From the NCBI RefSeq assembly GCF_006345805.1, contig NC_043008.1:36208001-36272000 (forward strand): a DNA stretch of 64,000 bases, written 5' to 3'. A program made the position numbers and the translations under genes. Numbering within the stretch: the stretch's first letter is position 1; the number at the start of each line of letters is the position of its first letter. This DNA comes from Octopus sinensis (lineage: Eukaryota). The notes below the pieces were generated by a model. That model was given only the letters and a program-made list of their open reading frames with translations. It was not told the origin of the DNA and ran no database searches. Shown here in pieces: positions 13,523 to 26,956 of the stretch.

Positions 13523-14484
13523 TGTGTGTGTGTATGCATTTATGTCTGTGTTTGTTTTCCCAGGCTGCTTAACAACTGGTGTTGGTTTACTGACATCCCT
13601 GTAACTTATTGGTTTAGCAAAAGAGACCGATAAAATAAAAACCAGATCTTTAAAAATAAGTACAGGGGACAATTTGTTCAACCACAACAAAACCCTTGAG
13701 GGCTGTGTTCCAGTATGGCCAAAGACTAATGACAAAAGATAAAAGGTATATCATCCTCCTCCTCCTCATCATCATTGTTTAATGTCTGTCTTCCATGCTG
13801 GCACGGGTTGGACAGTTTGACAGGGGCTGGCAGGGCCGGAGGCTGCACCTGATCCATTTGTCTGTTTTGATATGCTTTCAACAGCTGGATACCCTTCCTA
13901 ATGCTAACCACTTAACAGGCTGTACTGGGTGCTTTTCATGTGGTACCAACATCAGTGCTTTTTATGTGGCACCAGCACCAACAGAGTCACCAAGTACTTC
14001 GCAAAAGAAAAAGAAAATAACTCTCAGTTGGGAGGTGGGAGGTAGAATTGATGGTGGATGGCTTTGTGCCAGTTGACAAGAGAGTAAAGGTATAGAGGGA
14101 CAGGAATAAGGGTCTTGCTGTAGAGTAGATACATGGATACCCCAGTTGGAAAAGAAAGGAGGGTGAGTTAGAGAGTAAGACGAATATCAAAGATACTATA
14201 CCTATTCCTATTTCTTTATTACCCACAAGGGACTAAACATAGAGGGGACAAACAAGGACAGACATGGGTATTAAGTCGATTACATCGACCCCACTGCGTA
14301 ACTGGTACTTAATTTATCGACCCTGAAAGGATGAAAGGTAAAGTCGACCTCGGCGGAATTTGAACTCACAACGTAACGGCAGACGAAATACCGCTAAGCA
14401 TTTCGCCCGACATGCTAACGTTTCTGCCAGCTCACTGCCTTTAGCCTGTACACTTCACCTGTGGAGGGAAATAAGAACTGAAAT

Positions 14485-15070
14485 TGCTTTTGTCTTGAAA
14501 AGGGCTTCATTTGCAGAATCTTGTTCATCACAACCACCTTCAGCTGGCCTCAGCTGACATGACTATCTTCCTAGTGGATTCCTTCAATTGTTTGGGTTTC
14601 AAGTCAATCTTTTGTCAGAAATAACACACTAATCTTACAGGGAAACTTACTAGCAACCATCTTCAATGGAGAATGAGGCTGCATGTCATCCTTTGACGAG
14701 AACTGCATCAGTTTTTTTTTTCTTTATTTTCAAAAGGTGAATAATGTCAATAGTGTCCTCCCTGAGTACTCTGAGTCCAGCTATAATGATCGTTTTTTTA
14801 CACTTGGATAGAAAGATGAGCATACCTTCCAGATCCACTGGTATTTCCCAGTCAAAGACTTGCTGTAAAATAGAAAATTGGTCACCCAGAATTACTTTTG
14901 CCTTAGGAGCCTTAAATTTCTAAAGAATTTGATATTTTTTGGTGGGGATGCTCATTGATTGTTCGACTTCACTCTCTGATGGTAATCCACTTAGTGATTT
15001 CGATCAGGAGGTTGTCGTGCTTCCTCTTGTATCAGTCCTTTCCTGAGGTGCTTCAGAGTGTAGAGTTACA
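14485..15070 (-). mobile_element. HERO-like RLE non-LTR retrotransposon 3' remnant
   Basis: Broken frames give YKRKHDNLL (RHD motif), DWEIPVDLEGMLIF, KKTIIIAGLRVLRED (~ELTVPWEE) and SAEAS*RWL (~AEKASRWLW). Confidence 0.65.
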
Positions 15071-15484
15071 AGTAGATAGGATTTATTTCTTCATTTACCT
15101 ATCTGTTTGAGTGTATGGTGTGTGTGTGTGTATTTATATATTCTTTTATCATTTTACTTGTTTCATTCATTTGACTGCGGCCATGCTGGAGCACTGCCTT
15201 TAGTCGAACAAATCAACCTCAGGACTTATTCTTTGTAAGCCTAGTACTTATTCTATTGGTCTCTCTTCGCTTGATGGCAGGGGTGGGGTGGGACACACAC
15301 ACTCACAACAGGCTTCTTTCAGCTTCTGCCCACCGAATCAACTCAAGAGGCTTTGGTCAGCCTGAGGATATAATAAAAGACACTTGCCCAAGGTGCCATG
15401 CAGTGGGACTGAATCTGGAACCATGTGGTTGGCAAGCAAGCTACTTACCACACAGCCACTCCTACACCTATATATATATATATG

Positions 15485-15556
<72 letters not shown>

Positions 15557-15939
15557 CGATGGGCTTCTTTTAGTTTCCATCTACCAAATCCACTCACAAG
15601 GCTTTGGTCAGCCTGAGGCTATAGTAGAAGACACTTGCCCAAGGTACTACACACGGTGCCATGGGTGTAGTACCTTGGGAAAAAAGCTTCTTACCACACA
15701 GCCACACACACACACAAGCATGCACTCAGACAAACAAACAAATTCACACACATAATCACTTATAAAGCCACCCTCACACACACAAGCATACACTCTTACA
15801 AGCACACAAATTCACACACGCCCATACTCATACAACCATACACATGCACGTACATACATCATACACACATGCATACACATAGTTTACTATGAAGCACACA
15901 CATATATATATATATAGATATATGTACATGTATGATTGT

Positions 15940-16310
15940 ATATTGCTCGGAAATGTTTTAACTACGGGAACATCTCTGTTCAATCACCGATCTTGTTTTC
16001 GTCGACAGTGTTCTCCCCTCAAAAATGGGGAAAGACAACAAACGGCTGCTGTCCAAAATACGATTCGAGATTTTACATGGAGATGCTTTGAGACTATTCC
16101 AAGAAGAATACTTCGCTCTCGATATAATCAGGGTTAGTATATGGGACAAAACAATATATTTATATGTAGAATGTTCTTCGATATTACCAAATTGCCTTTT
16201 GTTTTCCTCCTTCTTCTGACATCGATATGATTCATTCGGTTCGACTGCGAAAATCATTTCCTTGAAATTCCGTTGTTTCGCCGATATATTCGGTTCTACT
16301 TTATATATTG
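15940..16310 (+). promoter_or_regulatory. Probable AP5B1 promoter / 5'UTR / first-exon CpG-enriched patch
   Basis: CpG dinucleotides are clearly more frequent here than in flanking non-repeat DNA, and the patch surrounds the start codon. The TSS itself cannot be located. Confidence 0.5.
16025..16132 (+). CDS. AP5B1: AP5B1 coding exon 1 (MGKDNKRLLSKIRFEILHGDALRLFQEEYFALDIIR)
   Basis: ATG in good context (aaaaATGG), donor AGG|gttagt at phase 0, joins exon 2 in frame, and lies in a locally CpG-rich patch. Confidence 0.8.
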
Positions 16311-17850
16311 TTTAATTGTAGAGAAAGAGAAATCAAAGACGTTGGTAACTATATAATTATGAATGCTTCACAAGGAACCACTGTGGCACTTGTTGCCGTT
16401 TCCTATATACTTGTCTTATATTTATTATCTTTTGTTTATGTCTAAAATGTGGTCACAAAGTCAGGGACTTATAGTTTCTTTCTCTGCGCTGTAGAAATTA
16501 TTTTATTTATATTTACATATTTCTAACTGTGAGCATATAGCGCGATATCAGGGTAAAATTATACTCATTCAAATGGAAAATAATCTAAGGTTATAGTTTA
16601 TTAATAAAAAAAAATTATTCATGAATGACGAATTTCGAAAAATCTATTGCTTTTTAAATATTTTGTCGCATATTAATAAATCTGAAGATGATTGTCTCCT
16701 ATTCTTCCATTCCTGGGCGTTCAGTTTGTTCACTGTAATATTTTTCAAGTGGGTGGTATTTAATGATCATAGTACGAAATAACTTTATCGAAAGCAGTTG
16801 GGTGTTTACATGACGATAGTTACATTCTGAGGTTAAATCCTTAAAGAATCGATAGAAACAGGCCCCGGTTGTTGCGGTTGTTTACCCTAGGTCAGTCCTG
16901 AAGGAGCCAACAGACCAGCCTGTGATGATCGATGGTGTTCAGGCATATGACCATCACATCTTTTTTGTATATTCAGAAGTACATTGACATATATATGCTT
17001 CTGTTTTAAGACTGTAAGGAGTGGGCTATTAGGTTGCTGTTGTTTAACCCCAGGTCTGATCTGATTGAGCAAGACCTATGAGCAACGGGGTTTCGCCTAG
17101 ACGAATCCGACTCTCTTGGATATTGCGTGTATATGACTCCATCATCCAATGCGTTTTTCCATTCTCAAGACAGTAGATGTAATTCGAGAGAGATTTGGAA
17201 TACTTTTACCATCAGATCAAACAACGGCCTTGGAACTCTTCAACTTGCGGTACCTATTGAATACTGTGGTATGAACAATCGCTTGCACCCTTCTCTGGAA
17301 TTGAAGGGTTTTTGTGTCAAAGAAAGAAAGAAGTTGTTACTGTTGAAACAAATAAAATGTGTAAACCTACGTAGTTTTATACTCTTACATTCTGAGTTCA
17401 AATCCTCTTAAAATCGACCTCACCTTTCAATCCTTTGGAGTCAGCAAAATGAGTACCCGTCATTTAGTAGCCTACACACTCCCTCATCTCTTCAATATGT
17501 GACCTACTAACCCTGTAAGGGAAAATATAAGTAGGTTGTTCACTTCATTTGAAATAACAACCAAATTTTTCTCAGGTCCTTACATCTTAAAAAAACCAAA
17601 AGACACTCAGGATAACGTAGACATAGATAGAGACACTATGTTTGAATAAAAGACAAGTTGGTCACATCAAGAATGCCTTTAATCATAGATGTACTTGATG
17701 AGGGCTGAGCTATATTGATATGCTAAAATGGAGTGAATGCTATAAGTACTAAGTTGGCACCCCCCCCCCCAAAAAAAACTGGCAAAACATTTATTTGTAT
17801 GTGCATCCATATAACTATATATTGGTCCACGTAGTGAAATGAACATACCT

Positions 17851-17881
<31 letters not shown>

Positions 17882-18180
17882 CACCGTGATCACCATGACC
17901 GACCAGACTATCAGATGTTGCTACACATCGCTGGTCACATTGTTTTAGCCTTCAAATGACACCACCCCGCTGGCTAAGTGAGCAGGCCAACAGAAGAAAG
18001 ATTGAGAGAAAGTTGTGGTGAAAGAGTACAGCAGGGACCGCCACCAACCCCTGCTGGAGCCTTGTGGAGCTTTAGGTGTTTTCGCTCAATAAACACCCTC
18101 ACAACGCCCGGTCTGGGAATTGAAACCACGATCCTACGACTGCGAGTCCGCTGCCCTAACCACTGGGCCATTGCGCCTCC

Positions 18181-18234
<54 letters not shown>

Positions 18235-21200
18235 TTATGTATATGTATATAAGCACAAAATGCAAATGAGTCTGCATGACGTGTGTCTGAGATGCAAGTG
18301 GGTCTACAAGATGCAGATGAGTTTGCATAAGGTGTGCTCAATCTGCAACTAAATCTGCTGAACGCATGTGCTTTCACAGATGTAAAAATGTAGAAAGTGA
18401 ATGAGCCATAATGTTTGTGTTTTAGTATGTATACATATTTGAGTTTAGATTTCTATCTACGAATTGTTCTCTGGTGAAGACTGTGATGGTTTTGGAAAAT
18501 GAAATAGTTTATTGTTAAGTTCTTTACTATAAACTGCAGCGGCAAGAAATAATGAGTTGGTTGTGATGTCAATCTTCCAATTGTTTTTGATGTCAATTTA
18601 CAGGGCTCTCTATTAGATGAGGAGGCATAACCATTGAGTAGGTGACTACTCTGAATGATAGTATCTTGATGGATGATAGAAATCCATCTAACTAGGTAGT
18701 TATTAAAACTTCTTGGTCGGTTTGCTGATGATGACTTTTAGTGGGTTGAAAATCCTTCTTGGTTCAACTTCACTTTTCACTCTTCCCAGATTGATAAGAA
18801 AATTGCCAATGAAGTATTGAAGTCAATTTGTTTGATGATACATTTGCCTCAAAATTATGGCCCTGTACCTATGTTAGAAATCATCATCATCATCCCCACC
18901 ACCACTGCTGCTAAAATCACCACTGCCACTGATACCACCACCACCATCATTATGGTAGTAGATTAGCTGAATTGTTTGAGCAAAGGGCAAAAATACTAAG
19001 TGGTATTTCTTCTGGTTCTTTATGTTCTGTGTTCAAATCCTGCCAAGGCTAACTCTGCCTTTCATTCATTCAGGGTCAATAACATAAAGTACCAGTCAAG
19101 TATTGGAGTCAATATAATTAACTTTGCCCCTCCCCTCAAAATAATATCCTTGAGCCTCGGATTAGAAAGACTTCTTATTAGGGTAGTGGGTGGCAGAATC
19201 AACTGTGCATTGAACAAAATCTCTTGCAGTGTCTAGTTACATACATCATGTTTTCAGTTCAGATCTCACTAGAATCACCTTTGCTTTTCATCAATCTGAG
19301 GTCAATAAAATAAGCACTTATCATGTAATGGGGTCAATTAGATTACTCTCCTCCCCTTCCTCTGAAATTTAACAGGATTATAGAGTTTGAGAAGATAAAC
19401 AACCTGTCAGGATGTTCTATATTTGTTCAGTACATCCAGATAACCATTTTGATTTTGACATCAATTTGAGATTTGGGGAGCAATATAATCAATAACATAA
19501 CCAGAACCATTTTGTTAAGGATCCACAAACCTCTCTCTCCCCTCTCGCTCACTCTCTCTCTTTCTGCTTAGTGTAGCTGTATCGTGAGAAGTTTGCTTCT
19601 TGGCTACATAGGTCTGGGTTCAGTCTCACTACATGACACCTTAGGCAAGTGTTTTCTTTTATAGCCCTGGGCCAACCAAAACCTTGTTAGTTGATATGGT
19701 AGGTGGAAACTGAAAGCCTGTCATGTATATAATCAGCCAAAATTGCAAGGATGATCCGGTTCTTGACTGAGGATAGGAAGCTTCGAATAACCCATCCTTG
19801 TTTTTTTTGTATTGTTGATCTGGAAGTTTTGTTGCTCCTTTTTGTATCACTTAGTTGTCCGGATGTTTTGCTTTCTTGTCCCTTTTTGTATTTTATGTAT
19901 ATAGAAATATTTATATATATGTAATGTATGTATGTGTGTGTGTATATATATAAATATATTTATATACATAAAGATATATACAGTTGTCAATTGTGGAACA
20001 TGACTGTCTCTACATGAACCTGATGATTGTGTAACATACTAGTTTATTTCAATATTGTAAAAGTTGGAAAATTTGGAAATAATAAAACATGAAAATTAGA
20101 CTAAGCTAGAATTTCATTGATGAATATATAAAGATATCCATCTGTGTGTCTTTGTGTTTATGTTTGTTCCCCACCACCACTTGACAGCTGGTGTTGGTTT
20201 GTTTATGGCCCCATAACTTAGTGGTTTGGCAAAAGAAACTGGTAGAATAAGTATGAGGTTTTAAAAAAATAAAGTTTTGGGAGTGATTCATTTGACCAAA
20301 CCCTTCGAGGTGGTGCCCCAGCATGGCCATAGTTCAATGACTGAAATAAGTAAAAAATAATAAAACTTAGAAAGCAAAAATAGTCTTTATTGTTTATTAA
20401 TAATTTGTTTAAAAATAATATCTGCATAGTTTTGAGAAGTCTTTTCATATTCTTTACATTCTGAGTTCAAATTCTACCGAGGTTGACTTTGCCTTTCATC
20501 CTTTCGGGGTCGATAAATTAAGTATCAGTTGCATACTGGGATCGATGTAATCGACTACTCCCCCACCCCAAAAACAATTTCGGGCCTTGTGCCTAAAGTA
20601 GAAAAGATTCTTTTAAGCTACTTGTATCTGTAAGTGATGGACTTTGGAGTTATTTAGTGAACAACATCCACTCATGTCACTCACAAGCTTCCAAAGTACA
20701 CGATAATATATTGTAATCTGTTAGAATTTTCTCATGGGAAACTAGTTCATATGAATTAGATGACGCAGAACATTGATTAGAAGTTTGTCTTTAAATGGAA
20801 AACCTGTAAACATCACAATATTTTTGTAATGAATAAATTTAGTTGTGGCTAATATGGTCTCATTATTACTAATATGATCAAATAATGAAGATATAAGCAT
20901 GTGTATTAAACTCACATTGGCTTGATGAATACATCTACACACACATGTATGTTATATATATATAAATATGTTTTGTGGGTGTAGTACCTGTAGTTTGGGG
21001 TTCAGTTCCACTGTATGGTGCCTTGGACAAGTGTCTGCTGCTATAGCCCTTGGTCAACCAAAGCCTTGAGATTGGATTTGGTAGTTGAAAGAAACCTGAC
21101 TTGTGTATATGTTTATGTATATATATATGTGTGTGTGTGTGTTTGTGTTTCCTTGTCTTGACATCACATGTTAGTTGTAAATGATCGTCACTGTTATACA

Positions 21201-24200
21201 AGCAGTGTCATTCATTTCTAATATCCAGTGGAAGCATGTCTGGCCATGGTATCAAATTATGGTACAAGGCCAGTAATTTCAGGGAAAGGGTCTAGTTGAT
21301 CACATTGGCCCCGGTGTCCAACTGGTATTTGTGTTATTGACCCCAAAAGGATGAACGGCAAAGTCAACCTCGGTGGCATTTGAACTCCGAATGTAAGATC
21401 AGAAGTTCAGAAGAAATACTGCAAAGCATTTTTTCTGGTGTGGCAATGATTCTGCCAGCTGACTACCTTAAGGCTATAGGTAAATATTACCTTATATGGA
21501 AATATTACCTTATATGGAAACAGGTGAAGGTTGGTGACAGGGTAGGCATCTAGCTGTAGAAAATCTACTTCAATAAACCGGTCCATACATGGAAAAGTGA
21601 ACATTAAAATAATTATAATGATGCATGCCTGTATATATGCTTGTATGCATACATACAAGCTTGTTTGTCTGTTTCTTTTAATTATTTCACTCCTACCAAT
21701 AAAGAAGGAACTGGTTTATAGCAAAGAAACAAGGTTCCATTCTTGGAATTTAGATTGCAAAAAACAATGTCTTACATGTTGAATCTTGTATATTTTTATT
21801 GGTTTTGCTTACAAGATTTTATTTAAAAAGTGCCTGTTAGTTGGTCAATTTTTTTGCTTGAAAATTCTAGATTTTTGACCTGGTTATGTGAACATCTATT
21901 AAAATAGCCAAGTGTGCCAATAATTGCTGGTATAAATGACAATTTATAACCTGGGTAGAGAATCTGTTGGTGTTGAAGCAATTGTACATATACTCTTTCT
22001 CACTGATTTTGGAAGTAATGTTCATATCTGCAGTGCAGCTACCCTCTATGATTGTACATATATATATATATATGTATATAAAGCTGAAGTTGTCTGTGTA
22101 TGGCAGGTTTGGTAGCCTTCAACTAACACTATCTCCTCCGAGACCCTGTGGCGCAAGTTGACCAAAATTGAGAGTATGATAGAAGAAGGCTTGCTCTTCC
22201 TTCCTTAGAAGGAAAAATTCAAATTGGACCATGTTAACACCAAAAATTATTTACATCAAAAAGGTGCTTTTTTCTATGAAAATCCCTATTTTTTAGGATT
22301 TTTTGACTGCTGTGTTGCCATTTTTTGGTGTATTTCAACCAGAAAAATGTTCACTTAAAGAGAATAACAAGCTACATAATGCAAAATTTTTACTTTTAAA
22401 AAATTCCAATTCTAAAGGGTCGAAAAGAAAACAAGCCTGAGCAATGCTGGGATATACTGCTAGTATATATATATGTTTATGTATATGTGTGTGTGTGTGT
22501 GTGGAAAAGGTAGACCCAAGGAGACATGGGGAAATATGATCTTTAGTTTTTGTATCTCATGGAGTCAATGACAATTGACTGAGACTTCTGACCATTTGCT
22601 GTGCTTGAGAAGACAGGTCAAGCTAAGGGAAATCGTGTTCATGGCCATTGGTGCTGTTGCCTAAGAAGCACTCATACCAGTGATATGTAACAGGCACCCA
22701 GTACACTGTCTAGAGTGGTCGGCATTAGGAAGAGCATCCAGCTGTAGAAATCAAGCCAAAACAGACTTCGGAACCTGATGCAGCTCTCTGGCTGACCGGT
22801 TCCAGTCAAACCATCTAATCCCATGCCAACATGGAAAATGGACATTAAGTGACGATGATGATGAAGATATGTTTGTATATGTATAGATCTACATAAGTAC
22901 CTCATACATGGTGATTGTCAACTCATAAACAACTTATGACCATCACTGACTAATTATTTTAGCATTGTCTTTAACATCTAGGCTGTCAGCAATGCCTGTG
23001 CTGAAATTTAAAAGTCAGTAATAGCTTGCACAACACCACTAAGACTCACCTACAAAGCCAAGAAGTCCAGAAAGCCCTTTGGCTTCCTGATGAAGTAGGT
23101 GTTATTTTGGAGGCACACATGCATTATATATATATATATATCCCCCTAACACGAACCCACAACAAACACACTTACACCTGCACACACCCTACACACACTT
23201 TTACCCAGATATTAACACCATGACACACGCAAACATATGGTTCCACACATACACATAATTTGATACGGGTGCAAAACATCCAACACTATTCTTTGGAAAT
23301 GACTGTAAATATTGACTTCACACAAACACGTTGCTTCCCGATACAGGCACAAGGCCAGCAGAACTATAAATATTGAAAATTGTACCCACACACGCACACA
23401 TATATACACGCGCGCGCGCCCCAACATATATATATAAACACACACACACACGCGCACACATACATACATATAGCTCTTCCTGTCCTAAACGAACTTACTT
23501 TTCCAGCTCAAATTCAGTCAAGCGGAAAATACACTCCTTAACTAAAAAGCTATTCAAAATATCCACATGACGTCTACTGACCAGCCTGAACAATAAGAAT
23601 TTTCAACAACGCTATTTTCGAAAACTCCATACACCACCTACACCAACATTCATTCTAAACATTCACATGACCTCTCTACTATGACCACATCCACGTGACC
23701 TCTTTATTATGACCAATAAGAAATTTTAGGCGTGACACCAGCCAAATTTTAACATCTCTGGAGCCTATTTTCTTACCCCAACACCAACTTCCATTCAAAC
23801 ATTCATGTGACCCCTTTATAATGACCAATCAAAATTGTATTGACCATTGTCCACAAGAAATTTTAGGCGCGAAACCAAGCAAATCTTAAGCAACTCTGGA
23901 GCCTCTTTTTTCACATATAAGAGACAGCAAACCCAACATAAAGTCAGATAAGAGAAAAAAATCAATCAGAAAGGAACTCTATCTCACTCAAAATATCTTT
24001 TGATAAGCATAGCAAATGCGCAACCGGTAAACTCTTACTTTTTTTATTCTACACTGAAATCTGACATTGAACTTTTCCACCAAAAACTGTATATTACACG
24101 CTTTTACTAAATATCTTATTCTGAAACAGAACACTGTAAAAGACTCTTACTTTTTTTCTTATACACTGAAATCATTCACAAAAAATGAACATTGTATTCT

Positions 24201-24568
24201 AACCCAATTTTTCTCTTTTTTTGTTTAAAAAAGAACTTTCACCTAATTAAATACACTCTCCCTTACTTAAATTATTTTGTCAGCATTTTCTTCATTTCCT
24301 TTTTTTATATATCACAACTCGTGTTCCACATCTCCTTTTTTAAATATATATATATATATATATATATGAGTTCAGCAACAATTTAGATTCAAATGAATAT
24401 GGTACTTAATTTAGATGCACCAGAATTTTGTATGGTGTTACCCATAAAAATATGCGGGGTGATTATAATAAAAAAATAAGCAACAAGAATGAATCCGGTA
24501 ATTTATAAAATGTTGTAGTATGAAACAATTGTACTAAATTACCGGATTCATTCTTGTTGCTTATTTTT

Positions 24569-24607
<39 letters not shown>

Positions 24608-25085
24608 TATTTAAAAGCAGCAGAAATATAACAATATTTTTGACCTGGTTATGTAAACATCTATTGTTATATTTCTGCTGCTTTTAAATAACGCATATTA
24701 CTCTACCTCTGGTATTTGAGTACTCTTTTTTTCCACCTTGTTTCACATTTATGTACTTACTCCAGTGTATATATATATATGTACACACCTCCATACATGC
24801 ATATATGAATGCATACCAGCATGGCTGAGTGAGCAGTGTATCGGGCTGTGAGATTGCTAGTTTTAATATATTGTCACTTGTGCATTACATAACCTCTGTA
24901 GTTAAAAAATTTAAGTCTTAATTAGTCCAGTCCACATAGCTATGTGGACTGGACTAGGTATCACTGGTTAGAAACAACTCACTCCTTTCAACATTGGCAC
25001 TCACAAATACTAATGTTATTAGTATTATTAATGCAATTCTATAAAGCAGAATAGTGTGTCTCATCTGAAGTCCAATACTATAATG

Positions 25086-25122
<37 letters not shown>

Positions 25123-25850
25123 CAATAATAATAATGATAATTTAGGTGTAGGGGTGGCTGTATGGTAAGTAGCTTGCTTACGAATCACATGGTTCTGGGT
25201 TCAGTCCCACTGCGTGGCACCTTGGGCAGGTGTCTTCTACTATAGCCTCGGGCCGACCAAAACCTTGTGAGTGGATTTGGTAGACGGAAACTGAAAGAAG
25301 CCCATCGTATATATCTATATATATATATTATATATATATATATATATATAATATATATATATATATACACATTATTTAAAAGCAGCAGAAATATAACAAT
25401 ATTTTTGACCTGGTTATGTAAACATCTATTGTTATATTTCTGCTGCTTTTAAATAACGCATATTACTCTACCTCTGGTATTTGAGTACTCTTTTTTTCCA
25501 CCTTGTTTCACATTTATGTACTTACTCCAGTGTATATATATATATGTACACACCTCCATACATGCATATATGAATGCATACCAGCATGGCTGAGTGAGCA
25601 GTGTATCGGGCTGTGAGATTGCTAGTTTTAATATATTGTCACTTGTGCATTACATAACCTCTGTAGTTAAAAAATTTAAGTCTTAATTAGTCCAGTCCAC
25701 ATAGCTATGTGGACTGGACTAGGTATCACTGGTTAGAAACAACTCACTCCTTTCAACATTGGCACTCACAAATACTAATGTTATTAGTATTATTAATGCA
25801 ATTCTATAAAGCAGAATAGTGTGTCTCATCTGAAGTCCAATACTATAATG

Positions 25851-25884
<34 letters not shown>

Positions 25885-26075
25885 CAATAATAATAATGAT
25901 AATTTAGGTGTAGGGGTGGCTGTATGGTAAGTAGCTTGCTTACGAATCACATGGTTCTGGGTTCAGTCCCACTGCGTGGCACCTTGGGCAGGTGTCTTCT
26001 ACTATAGCCTCGGGCCGACCAAAACCTTGTGAGTGGATTTGGTAGACGGAAACTGAAAGAAGCCCATCGTATATA

Positions 26076-26132
<57 letters not shown>

Positions 26133-26920
26133 ATATGTTTGTGTGTCTGTGTTTGTCCCCACAACATCACTTGACAACCGATGCTGGTGTGTTTACGTCC
26201 CTGTAACTAAGCGGTTCGGCAAAAGAGTCTGATAGAATAAGTACTAGGCTTACAAAGCCTAACTCTAAGTCTTGGGGTCGATTTGCTCGACTAAAGGCGG
26301 TGCTCCAGCATGGTCACAGTCAAACGACTGAAACAAGTAAAAGAGTAAAGAGTAAAGGGTATAACAATCCTTCAAGGCACAAGGCTTGAAAATTGGGGCA
26401 GGGGGATAGTCAGTTACATCAACTTCAGCTGGTACTTATTATATCGACCCTGAAAGGTTGAAAGGCCAAAGTTCATGAAGAATTTAGCAAAGATTTTACC
26501 GGTTTACAAAATTATTGTCAGAGATGTTGATTAAAGCTTGTTTACATGTCTTTATGATCCCCAGATTTTAGTTTACTCATGTTTTCTTTTTTTTTAAATT
26601 TTAAATTCAATTTTTGTTTCTGTCTTAGATTTTATACGAAGATAATGTGGATGAAAAAGAGAAAATACAGTTGCTAACTTTACTTCAAGAATATGGAGGA
26701 CTTGGATTGGAATTATCCAGGTAAAACGTTTTTTTTTAGCTTAGAAAATTTTAGAATTATTCTTTTGTATATCAGTATTTAATCATTTGCTTCCCAGTCA
26801 CAGGGTTTCCAGTTCGGTCCCATTGTGTGGCACTTTGGACAAGTGTCTTCTACTACAGCTCCATGCTGACCAAAGCCTTTTGTGTGGATTTGGTAGACGG
26901 AAACTGAAAGAAGCCAATCA

Positions 26921-26956
<36 letters not shown>

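Noticed and set aside
15958-16257. 99-aa minus-strand ORF overlapping AP5B1 exon 1 (divergent gene?)
   Set aside because: It is an antisense shadow of the GC-richer first exon, with no homology and no downstream minus-strand exons found.
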